From a virus, in IMG/VR virus record IMGVR_UViG_3300010331_000005: DNA of 46,122 nt; one strand, given 5' to 3'. A program made the translations under genes and the position numbers. The notes under the pieces were generated by a model. That model searched no databases. It was not told the origin of the DNA and was given only the letters and a program-made list of their open reading frames with translations. The first letter of the stretch is position 1, and the number at the start of each line of letters is the position of its first letter. Below, one piece after another: positions 27,384-35,090 of the stretch.

Positions 27384-28486
27384 GCGACATACAATTTATT
27401 ACTGTAGATGCAGACCAGATACAGAGGGAATTAATAAATGGGTTTGAAACTGCATTACAAGAAACATTATATCCTGCGGATGAACGTAGGATATTTTTGA
27501 ATCAGCAATTACCTGTGATTGTCGGATTAAAGAATGAAATAAATGAAAATGCAAAGCAAAATTTATTGAGGTATGCTTCAGGGGATATTTTAGCAGCTCT
27601 TGGAGAGTTCTTTGATGTAGTGAGAATACCAGCACAAAAGGCTAAAACGACTTTTAGATTTACCTTATCATCTGTGCAGATAAGTGATACTCCTATTCTA
27701 TCTGGACGAAGAGCGACTCCAGATGGATCACTATACTTTGCAACGGTTATGGATATTATTATACCTGCAGGTCAGATAACAGGTGATGTAATTGCAGAGG
27801 CTACAGAGGGCGGAGAAAAATATAATAACTTTGTACCTGGTCAGATAAAGACACTTGTTGACCCTATTGCATATGTGGTAAGTGTAGAAAACATAAATAC
27901 GAGTTCAGGTGGATCTGATTTAGAACTTGATGATAATTTCAGGGAAAGAATTAGACAAGCTCCTGAGAGTTATAGTGTTGCAGGACCTGAAGGAGCATAT
28001 ATTTATTGGGCAAAGACTGCTAATAGCGAAATATCTGATGTATCTGTATCAAGTCCTTCACCAGGGGTGGTTAGAATTGTTCCGCTTTTATCAGGAGGAG
28101 GGATACCAACGCAGGATATTCTTGATGAAGTATTGGCTATCGTAAGTGCTAAAGACAAAAGACCATTAACTGATATGGTGCAGGTAGCAGCTCCTACTCA
28201 GGTAACCTATAATATTGAGTTTACTTATTACATTTCATCTGCCCGCTTAACTGAGGTACCTTTTATTAGGGATGCTATTGAAGGTACTAAGGGAGTTGTT
28301 CAGCAGTTTATACAATGGCAGCATGAAAAGCTTGGCAGAGCAATAAACCCGGATGAACTAAGGTATAGGTTGATTTATATAGGTGCAAGCCGAATAGTAT
28401 TAAATTCTCCTGTATATGAACTCGTGGATCTCGATAAGGTTGCAAAAGAGGGAACCATTAATATTATTTTTGGAGGAGTTGAATAG
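27380..28486 (+). CDS. Baseplate J-like protein
   Basis: 368 aa following the gp25-like gene. ATGA overlap. Confidence 0.7.
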   Translation: MSDIQFITVDADQIQRELINGFETALQETLYPADERRIFLNQQLPVIVGLKNEINENAKQNLLRYASGDILAALGEFFDVVRIPAQKAKTTFRFTLSSVQISDTPILSGRRATPDGSLYFATVMDIIIPAGQITGDVIAEATEGGEKYNNFVPGQIKTLVDPIAYVVSVENINTSSGGSDLELDDNFRERIRQAPESYSVAGPEGAYIYWAKTANSEISDVSVSSPSPGVVRIVPLLSGGGIPTQDILDEVLAIVSAKDKRPLTDMVQVAAPTQVTYNIEFTYYISSARLTEVPFIRDAIEGTKGVVQQFIQWQHEKLGRAINPDELRYRLIYIGASRIVLNSPVYELVDLDKVAKEGTINIIFGGVE

Positions 28487-28487
28487 C

Positions 28488-29012
28488 ATGGACCTAAGTA
28501 ATGTTAGCTTGTTAAGTCTACAGACAAAACTCATGCAGATGGATTCAACTACAAAAGCTTTTTGTGCTACGCTTGGTCCTCAGTTTCAACAACTTTCTAC
28601 TGAAATAATATCTTGTTTAATTTATTCGAGAATTGATGTTCTGGAAGATCAGATTTTGGATGAGTTAGCCTGGCAAATGCATGTAGATTTCTATGATACC
28701 GACTTAACGGTGGATAAGAAGAGATTACTTATAAAAAACTCATTAAAGTGGCATAAGACTAAAGGTACTCCTGCAGCGGTAAATGAAGTAATAAATACGG
28801 TATTTAACACAGGGGAAGTAAAAGAATGGTTCGAATATGGGGGAGACCCTTATACCTTTAGGGTTGTTATTGAAAATGAGATTATAGAAATTCCAAAAAT
28901 ATACGAACTTTCAAATGCAATAAATTCTGTGAAAAATATGCGGTCACATCTAGAATGTTATTACGGATATTTTATATGTGGCACATTTGATTGCGGTCAA
29001 TATCAATATTAG
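28488..29012 (+). CDS. Tail protein I-like (P2 gpI / XkdU-like)
   Basis: LDELAWQMHVDFYDTDLTVDKKRLLIKNSLKWHKTKGTPAAVNEVI. Start ATG 28488 after tggaggag, not the track start 28416. Confidence 0.65.
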   Translation: MDLSNVSLLSLQTKLMQMDSTTKAFCATLGPQFQQLSTEIISCLIYSRIDVLEDQILDELAWQMHVDFYDTDLTVDKKRLLIKNSLKWHKTKGTPAAVNEVINTVFNTGEVKEWFEYGGDPYTFRVVIENEIIEIPKIYELSNAINSVKNMRSHLECYYGYFICGTFDCGQYQY

Positions 29013-29025
29013 GGGAGGTTTTTAA

Positions 29026-30942
29026 ATGTCTTTAGTGAATTATATAAAAACACAATGGCAAAATAGAATAGTAAGTCCACAGGGCCAGATAGTCCAGAAT
29101 GGAACTCCGGTTGATGAAAATATTATGAATAAAATGGAACAAGGAATATATGATGTAACAGCTGCATCTATTGCATATCAGGCTAAAAGTACGCAACAAA
29201 TAAATGATTTAAATAGTGGTAAAGTTGATAAGGTCTTAGGTAAAGGATTATCTGCAAATGACTATACTAATACAGATAAAACAGAAGTTTTAAAAGTAGT
29301 AAATAAAGCTGACATAACATATGTAGATACAAAAGTCGCAGCGGTTAACCGAAGTGTAAAAGGTACATATGCAACATTGCTAGCATTGACAACTGCATTG
29401 CCATCAGGAGATACAGGAAATTATGTAGTTACAGTAGATGGTCATGTATATACTTGGAATAGTTCTTCATGGGTTGATACTGGTATACAATATCAAAGCA
29501 CAGGCATTGCAGACGGGAGTGTAACTACAGTAAAACAAGATGTTAGGGCAAGATATCAATACCCTTTTTCTAAAAGTGCAACACTATATAGTAATGCTTC
29601 ATTTAATGCTTTGCATGATGCAATTATTGATGTAAAACTATATAATGCAGATACAACTCAAAAATATTATATTCGTAGAATTTTAGTAGATTTTTATGCT
29701 ACCCATTATTATTTAATTGTCATTACAAGGGTTTCGGATGGTGTTGATGTTTGTCAACTTCAAGCAGACCAATATACCCCTCCTATTAGTGGAGTAACTA
29801 CTGTAAGATGTGGTGATTTTGTTGGCTCTGGAATGTTTGCTGATGTTACAATTAATTGGTCAAAATTAGCAAATGGTGCTGAATATATTATGACAAATGC
29901 TCAATCGGATTTAGATGTTAAAACTTTGATTAATTCAGCAGAAGATAAAAATGCAAATGATATTTTATTGAGTGATTATACAACATCTTATCCATTTTCT
30001 ACTATTGGTAGTGCATGGTATTGGGTAAGTTTTAAAAAAACATTTAAAGATATAAAACTTTATGGTGCAAACCATGTTAAACATTATTATATTCAAAGAC
30101 TTTGGAGAAGCAATGGAGGAACGTATTATATACTTGTAAGAGAAGTTGAAAGTGATGCTATAGTTTGCAGATTTTATAATTTATCTTATACAGAACCAAC
30201 AGGAGTAACAAGAGTATCACTCGAAGAACAAAATACTTCAGGAATAACTGGAGAGGTATTAATTGATTGGACACAGTTAATTTTAGGCAACGATTATGTT
30301 TTAACCTCCGTAGGAACTACAATAGATTTGACAACTTACTACATTGAAAATGATTTGCGTAGATGGTCGCATAAAAACTGGATGGCAATAGGTGACAGTA
30401 TAACATTTAGAAATCAATATCAAAAATATGTTCAAGGTATTTGTGGATTTGGTAGTGTAACAACTAGAGCAACATCAGGCATTCCTTTAAAAGTAATGGA
30501 TGATGGATTAGCATGGAATGACCTTGCATTAATTGATGTTGTGACTGTATTTGCACCAGCTAATGATTTTGGAAGTAGTACCGTACTTGGGACAATAAAT
30601 GATGCTAAAACTGTTGATAGTTTTTATGGAAATATGAAAGCAGTTATTGAAAATATATTAACTATAAAGCCTTGGATAAGACTAGCATTTATAACAACAA
30701 CATATATAGGAACAGCAGGATATGGATTTTTAGTTAATTCCGCAGGATGTACATTAAAACAATACACAGAAGCAATGAAGCAAGTTTGCGAATTATACAA
30801 TGTACCTATTTTAGATTTACAAACTACAAGTGGTTTAAATGCTATTACTCTTGCTAATTTTTCCGATGATAGTTTGCATCCTAATGCAATAGGTATGGCT
30901 TTAATAGGTAAAATGATAGGTAATTTTTTAAACACACTATAA
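29026..30942 (+). CDS. Tail fibre / receptor-binding protein with tandem duplicated domain and C-terminal SGNH (GDSL) hydrolase
   Basis: AIGDSIT (block I), APANDFG (block III), DDSLHPN (block V). Two ~115-aa repeats, each beginning YPFS. Confidence 0.75.
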   Translation: MSLVNYIKTQWQNRIVSPQGQIVQNGTPVDENIMNKMEQGIYDVTAASIAYQAKSTQQINDLNSGKVDKVLGKGLSANDYTNTDKTEVLKVVNKADITYVDTKVAAVNRSVKGTYATLLALTTALPSGDTGNYVVTVDGHVYTWNSSSWVDTGIQYQSTGIADGSVTTVKQDVRARYQYPFSKSATLYSNASFNALHDAIIDVKLYNADTTQKYYIRRILVDFYATHYYLIVITRVSDGVDVCQLQADQYTPPISGVTTVRCGDFVGSGMFADVTINWSKLANGAEYIMTNAQSDLDVKTLINSAEDKNANDILLSDYTTSYPFSTIGSAWYWVSFKKTFKDIKLYGANHVKHYYIQRLWRSNGGTYYILVREVESDAIVCRFYNLSYTEPTGVTRVSLEEQNTSGITGEVLIDWTQLILGNDYVLTSVGTTIDLTTYYIENDLRRWSHKNWMAIGDSITFRNQYQKYVQGICGFGSVTTRATSGIPLKVMDDGLAWNDLALIDVVTVFAPANDFGSSTVLGTINDAKTVDSFYGNMKAVIENILTIKPWIRLAFITTTYIGTAGYGFLVNSAGCTLKQYTEAMKQVCELYNVPILDLQTTSGLNAITLANFSDDSLHPNAIGMALIGKMIGNFLNTL

Positions 30943-30972
30943 GACGCATTAGGATTATAACATGAAGTACAG

Positions 30973-30999
30973 GAGGGTGAGAAATCACTCTCTTTTTTT
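30973..30999 (+). terminator. Rho-independent terminator after the tail fibre gene
   Basis: gagggtga-GAAA-tcactctc (8 bp, GNRA loop) followed by ttttttt. Confidence 0.8.
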
Positions 31000-31038
31000 A
31001 CGAAATTATATTTAATAAAAAGAGAGGGAGTTGAGGAA

Positions 31039-31332
31039 ATGACTGTAAATGTAGTTATTTTAATCGGCTTAATTGCCACAATCTGCTCAATTGTTTTTGG
31101 ATACTTAGGGTATAGTAATGGAACAAAAAAAGAAAACGTGGCCGAGGGCACAGAAAGCGGAGCGCTAAAAGCTGATACTGAGTACATAAAACGCAGAATT
31201 GATGATGTGCTGCTAGAACAACGAGACACAAATAAAACTCTAAACGCTCACGCTGAGAGGTTAGCAAGGGTTGAAGAATCAGCACAATCAGCACATAAAA
31301 GAATTGATGAATTAAAAAAGGGAGCTGATTAA
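31039..31332 (+). CDS. XhlA-like membrane protein (N-terminal TM plus coiled coil), lysis-associated
   Basis: VVILIGLIATICSIVFGYLGY is a TM segment, then a helical Glu/Arg-rich tail. Directly upstream of the endolysin. Confidence 0.5.
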   Translation: MTVNVVILIGLIATICSIVFGYLGYSNGTKKENVAEGTESGALKADTEYIKRRIDDVLLEQRDTNKTLNAHAERLARVEESAQSAHKRIDELKKGAD

Positions 31333-32499
31333 ATGTTAGGAACAAACGGTTATAAGAAATTGAGGTGTTTGGGATCTGATGTCCACACCTTTGAATGCAG
31401 CAAATCACAGAATGAAGTAATTTATGTTCAAGGTGTAAAAGGTAAATTAGAAACACTAGCAGATATGGTTAAAGCTTATCCGGATGCAATTATGGCGTGC
31501 AATGGTCCATTTTTTAATTTTGATGCTAGCAGCGAGGACTGTATCCGGTGGAGTAAATATGCTACAACGGTTTCCTATACAAAGGATAGTAAATTGCTCT
31601 TTCTATATGGTGCAAAATTAACACAAACTCAAAGAAATAAGTATGAAGCAGATGCAAGATGGACAGCAGGATTAGGAGCTACATTGGTACGCAATGGAGT
31701 TAAAGATATTATAAAAACTACGGCAGGAGAACCTGATAGTCGTGCAGCAAGAACGATACTTATGCGTACAAAAGATGGTTCATTCATGTTTGCGGCAGTG
31801 CAAGGAAAAATGAAAGCATGCGCAGGACTCAAAGCAATGGCTACAATTAGTCCCTTCAACAAAGGTATGAACGCAGAAGAAGCAGCTGCCTTTTCCATAT
31901 ATGCTAAAGCAGAGCAATCCGCATTTTGTGATGGCGGCGGATCCAGTATAATGATAATAAAAATTAATGGGAAATGGGTGACAGTAAACAAACCTACTGA
32001 TGGGAGCTCCCGGCATATCGGTGGTTGTTTTATTGTCTTAAAAAAAAACGCTGATACCCTGTTCATAGAAAAAATAGCACCTGGAGCTGTTGCATCATTT
32101 GCCAAGGATCAAGTGCTTCCTTCCATTACAATTGCACAAGCAATACTCGAATCTGCTAAGGGCTTGTCTAAACTTGCTTTAGAATGCAATAATTTGTTTG
32201 GTATCAAGTGGACTATGGGATGTGGGCATGAGGGTAAATTATACCCAACTAAAGAATATGTTAACGGTAAAATGATTACGGTTAACGCTTATTTTCGCAA
32301 GTATGATTCATATGCTGAAAGTATTGCAGACCACAGTCAGTTGTTACAGAACACGCGATACAAGCCTGTTCTTGCTTCAAAAGAGTACAAGTCTGCTTGC
32401 AAACAAATACAAGCTTGTGGCTATGCAACGGATCCCGAATATAGCCAACTACTGATCAATACGATCGAAAAATACAAATTAAATTTATTTGATATTTAA
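31333..32499 (+). CDS. Endolysin: N-terminal phosphodiester-glycosidase (NAGPA)-like domain plus C-terminal glucosaminidase
   Basis: CNGPFFNF, AARTILMRTKDGSFMF and FCDGGGSS (NAGPA-like). ITIAQAILESAKG...NNLFGIKW...YFRKYDSY...GYATDPEY (glucosaminidase). Confidence 0.7.
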   Translation: MLGTNGYKKLRCLGSDVHTFECSKSQNEVIYVQGVKGKLETLADMVKAYPDAIMACNGPFFNFDASSEDCIRWSKYATTVSYTKDSKLLFLYGAKLTQTQRNKYEADARWTAGLGATLVRNGVKDIIKTTAGEPDSRAARTILMRTKDGSFMFAAVQGKMKACAGLKAMATISPFNKGMNAEEAAAFSIYAKAEQSAFCDGGGSSIMIIKINGKWVTVNKPTDGSSRHIGGCFIVLKKNADTLFIEKIAPGAVASFAKDQVLPSITIAQAILESAKGLSKLALECNNLFGIKWTMGCGHEGKLYPTKEYVNGKMITVNAYFRKYDSYAESIADHSQLLQNTRYKPVLASKEYKSACKQIQACGYATDPEYSQLLINTIEKYKLNLFDI

Positions 32500-32528
32500 A
32501 ATAAAATAAAAAGGAATGGTGATGTAAT

Positions 32529-32873
32529 ATGTTAGATTCATACATAATTGTCGGAATGGTCATGGTCTTAGTTGGGGTTGTAAAGACCTTCAGCCTGTTT
32601 ACTAGCATTAGGGGTAAACTGCTTATCCCACTGCTCGTTTTTGCCATAGCAGGTGCGCTGAATGTTCTCAATGCATTTGTATTTGGAGGAACTATTCTTC
32701 AGGCACTGAAAGATGGTTTTGTCCTTGGAGCTGCTGCAGGTGGAATTTATTCAATGGGCAAAGCAGCCATGAACATTAAATATGAAACGGTTGAACTTTT
32801 ACCAACGGATCCCTATGTAAAAGCTAATTCTGTGGAAGCTAAACAAACAGAGCAGAACAATAACTGTATATAA
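32529..32873 (+). CDS. Holin (three predicted TM segments)
   Basis: Hydrophobic segments IIVGMVMVLVGVV, LLIPLLVFAIAGALNVLNAFVF and VLGAAAGGIY, with a charged C-terminus. Confidence 0.65.
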   Translation: MLDSYIIVGMVMVLVGVVKTFSLFTSIRGKLLIPLLVFAIAGALNVLNAFVFGGTILQALKDGFVLGAAAGGIYSMGKAAMNIKYETVELLPTDPYVKANSVEAKQTEQNNNCI

Positions 32874-32890
32874 AGTTCCTCCTATACTTA

Positions 32891-32932
32891 AGCCCTCGTT
32901 TCCTTAACTGGATGCGAGGGCTATATTTTTTT
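32891..32932 (+). terminator. Rho-independent terminator ending the late/lysis operon
   Basis: agccctcg...cgagggct stem followed by atattttttt. Confidence 0.8.
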
Positions 32933-33086
32933 GCCCAAAAGAAATTATAATTTAATGCTAAAATATCGGTATGCTTTAAATATCATGCAAAAATATTAAT
33001 AAAAATGTAAAACTTGTTTTGCAGACATAAATTATGGGAAATTATATTAATACATGGCAATATTATATAATTAACAAAAGAAAATA

Positions 33087-33140
33087 CGTTTAATTACACA
33101 TATTTAAGAAAATATATGTAATTAAACGAAATAATTCGTT
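33087..33140. repeat. Operator-like inverted repeats upstream of the GNAT-module promoter
   Basis: cgtttaattaca (33087-33098) pairs with tgtaattaaacg (33117-33128), 12/12. Overlapping palindrome aacgaa-ataa-ttcgtt (33125-33140). Confidence 0.6.
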
Positions 33141-33159
33141 ATATTTCGTCAAATAAGGT

Positions 33160-33189
33160 TTGACAATACTTGCCAAGGAGTGTTAATAT
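33160..33189 (+). promoter_or_regulatory. Near-consensus sigma-A promoter with extended -10
   Basis: TTGACA (33160-65), 18-nt spacer, TGtTAATAT (33181-89). Confidence 0.65.
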
Positions 33190-33256
33190 TATGGTACATA
33201 ATGGATTTACAGAAGAAAATGAAGAACTAAAAATGTGTGAGGGAGGGTATGATATT

Positions 33257-33391
33257 ATGGCAGTTTCAGTAAAATCATCGCCTATAATTACCGGGGCGGC
33301 AGCAAAAAAAATATTTGAAATGATTAAAAATCCAACTGACAAAACAGCGCTTTTTAAAGAATGCGCAGAATTGGCAAAAATCTTCAACTAA
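33257..33391 (+). CDS. 44-aa partner protein of the GNAT (putative minimal antitoxin)
   Basis: MAVSVKSSPIITGAAAKKIFEMIKNPTDKTALFKECAELAKIFN. SD gagggaggg is 9 nt upstream. The track start 33170 lies upstream of the predicted transcription start. Confidence 0.5.
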   Translation: MAVSVKSSPIITGAAAKKIFEMIKNPTDKTALFKECAELAKIFN

Positions 33392-33403
33392 GTAAACACT
33401 AGG

Positions 33404-33976
33404 ATGCGTGACTCATTTATGCTAAAAATAAGGGACATTGAATTATCTGATTTACCAAAGATTAAAAAATTTAAATGTAGTGATTCTAAAATGGATTATT
33501 TTCTAATTAAGGAAGCATATTATTATCATGTAATAGGTGAAGGAATTACAAAATTAGTTGTAGATGTGGAAAACAATGAAATTGTAGGATATTTTACTTT
33601 GAAGTGTGATTCAATGAAAGTTTTCGACATTGAAATGAGTACAGAACCAGAGTATATTCCATGCATAGAACTATCACGTATAGCTATTGCTAATCATTGG
33701 CAGAATGGCGTTAGGGGGTACCATCTAGGTACACATTTAATGGGACATATTTTAAACTTAATACAAACCCAAATTTCTACGGTTATTGGGTGTAAATTTA
33801 TTACTCTTCATGCTGCAATGGATAGAGTTAAATGGTATAATAAAAGATTCTCGTTTATTGAAGTGGAAGACGAAAAAACTATTGGGAAAGATGATACAGT
33901 TTATATGTGTTTAGATATTACAGATAAAAGCAAAGCAGATGAATTTTCCAAATTCGTAAGTTTTCACAAAAAATAA
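33404..33976 (+). CDS. GNAT-fold acetyltransferase of the TacT/AtaT/KacT toxin type
   Basis: KKFKCSDSKMDYFLIKEA, VGYFTLKCDSMKV, ELSRIAIANHWQNGVRGYHLGTHLMGHIL (acetyl-CoA loop) and ITLHAAMDRVKWYNKRFSFIEV. Confidence 0.6.
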   Translation: MRDSFMLKIRDIELSDLPKIKKFKCSDSKMDYFLIKEAYYYHVIGEGITKLVVDVENNEIVGYFTLKCDSMKVFDIEMSTEPEYIPCIELSRIAIANHWQNGVRGYHLGTHLMGHILNLIQTQISTVIGCKFITLHAAMDRVKWYNKRFSFIEVEDEKTIGKDDTVYMCLDITDKSKADEFSKFVSFHKK

Positions 33977-34000
33977 AGCTTCAAAGCTTTATTTTTTTTT
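33973..34000 (+). terminator. Terminator after the GNAT gene
   Basis: ataaagc-ttcaaa-gctttat followed by a run of nine T. Confidence 0.7.
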
Positions 34001-34006
34001 GCTTTT

Positions 34007-34174
34007 TTAGCTATTGATTTTAACAATATTTTCTTCCGCACTTTCTTCATGAGTTATCACTTCTACTTGACTATCCTCTTTCGACATCCAAGCATGAAAA
34101 CCTTCATGATGCTTATAGCTATATTGCATCTGATAGAGAGAATAGCCTTTTTCAATCAAAGCTAATTTTAGCAT
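34007..34174 (-). CDS. Possible 55-aa ORF (or the distal piece of a decayed gene)
   Basis: MLKLALIEKGYSLYQMQYSYKHHEGFHAWMSKEDSQVEVITHEESAEENIVKINS. Weak SD. An upstream fragment in another frame reads LLNRLLNENKITIEQYEQHIKLKLEFLNE. Confidence 0.3.
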   Translation of the reverse strand: MLKLALIEKGYSLYQMQYSYKHHEGFHAWMSKEDSQVEVITHEESAEENIVKINS

Positions 34175-34341
34175 TTCCCACATTACAATAGAATCTATTA
34201 TTTTTACACTCGTTCAAAAACTCCAATTTTAATTTAATGTGCTGTTCATATTGTTCTATGGTAATTTTATTTTCATTCAGGAGCCTATTAAGTAAAATTA
34301 TAATCTTTTCACAATTTCTTCCATAACGCACCCCTATAAAT

Positions 34342-34512
34342 TTAATAAGGTGATAATATCATGATAGTATAATAATGTAAATAGATTATAATAGTGGGAA
34401 TTGTTACATTTTTAATTTCGTCTACATTTAATGTTACCCAATCATAAACTTTTGGTACTCTAATACATTCATTAGTTGGATCTCCTGTGGCTCGTGTCGA
34501 AAAATTAGACAT
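34342..34512 (-). pseudogene. Truncated gene remnant (56 codons)
   Basis: Good SD aaaggaag and a plausible N-terminus MSNFSTRATGDPTNECIRVPKVYDWVTLNVDEIKNVTIP. It then runs into AT-rich nonsense (TIIIYLHYYTIMILSPY*). Confidence 0.35.
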
Positions 34513-34631
34513 AATTTTAAACTTCCTTTCATAATTGAATTGTTTAATTAATATAGTATATGTTACATAAAGTAATCTGTTAACATAAATAATATTATTT
34601 TACATATATATTTTGGTAGTAATTAAATAAA

Positions 34632-34730
34632 TTATGACAGCTAAAACAGCTAAACCGCAAACTTTTCTTTTTCTTATATATACTTCTCTATTTACAATAC
34701 TTATACTTTTAGCTGTTTTAGCTGTCATAA
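34632..34730. repeat. Perfect 23-bp inverted repeat with 53-nt spacer; each arm is a tandem ACAGCTAAA 9-mer
   Basis: ttatgACAGCTAAAACAGCTAAA (34632-54) is the exact reverse complement of tttagctgttttagctgtcataa (34708-30). Confidence 0.9.
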
Positions 34731-34767
34731 AAGAATATATATATAATAGCATTGTATAAATGTATTA

Positions 34768-34796
34768 TTGTATACAAGTATTCCACATGATATAAT
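34768..34796 (+). promoter_or_regulatory. Sigma-A promoter with perfect extended -10
   Basis: TTGTAT (34768-73), 17-nt spacer, TGaTATAAT (34788-96). The -35 sits in the palindrome ttgtatacaa. Confidence 0.6.
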
Positions 34797-34822
34797 AATT
34801 ACAAATAAATTAAACGGAGGCA

Positions 34823-35089
34823 ATGATTATGGATAAATTAAAAGAAAAAGATGGACTTACCAAAGAAATACCTGAAAGAGTGGAAAGCCCCTATGCAATC
34901 AAAGATATTTTTGGGCTTGAAAGTCCTTTTGGACTTGAAGATTGTGAGTTAAACGAGGTGGAAATAAACCTAGTTAAACAGGTTATTGAACCATTATCAC
35001 TCTGTAGTGTAGCAGGCGCAATCCATATACTTGATTTAGCAAAAAAAGTGATACCAGGATGCACACAACTACACTCAAAGTACATATAA
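34823..35089 (+). CDS. Hypothetical protein (accessory island)
   Basis: SD acggagg; no motif recognised. Confidence 0.55.
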   Translation: MIMDKLKEKDGLTKEIPERVESPYAIKDIFGLESPFGLEDCELNEVEINLVKQVIEPLSLCSVAGAIHILDLAKKVIPGCTQLHSKYI

Positions 35090-35090
35090 C

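Noticed and set aside
29560-30330. The tail-fibre internal repeat as a diversity-generating retroelement (template/variable repeat pair)
   Set aside because: No reverse transcriptase is encoded anywhere in the element. The two copies are diverged at the protein level throughout rather than differing at adenine-specific positions.
30624-31229. 201-aa minus-strand ORF spanning the tail-fibre 3' end, the terminator and the XhlA-like gene
   Set aside because: It crosses a strong terminator hairpin and two supported + strand genes, has no SD and has an implausible composition.
32955-32997. Three imperfect direct repeats, ATGC(T/A)(A/T)(A/T)AATAT, spaced 14-16 bp apart downstream of the lysis terminator
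   Set aside because: They are short, degenerate and lie in very AT-rich DNA, so they cannot be distinguished from chance by eye.
34632-34730. The 23-bp inverted repeat as an invertible promoter switch for one of the tyrosine recombinases
   Set aside because: The 53-nt spacer is far shorter than known invertible segments, and I see no promoter-like hexamers inside it. It is kept as an unexplained repeat, not called a switch.
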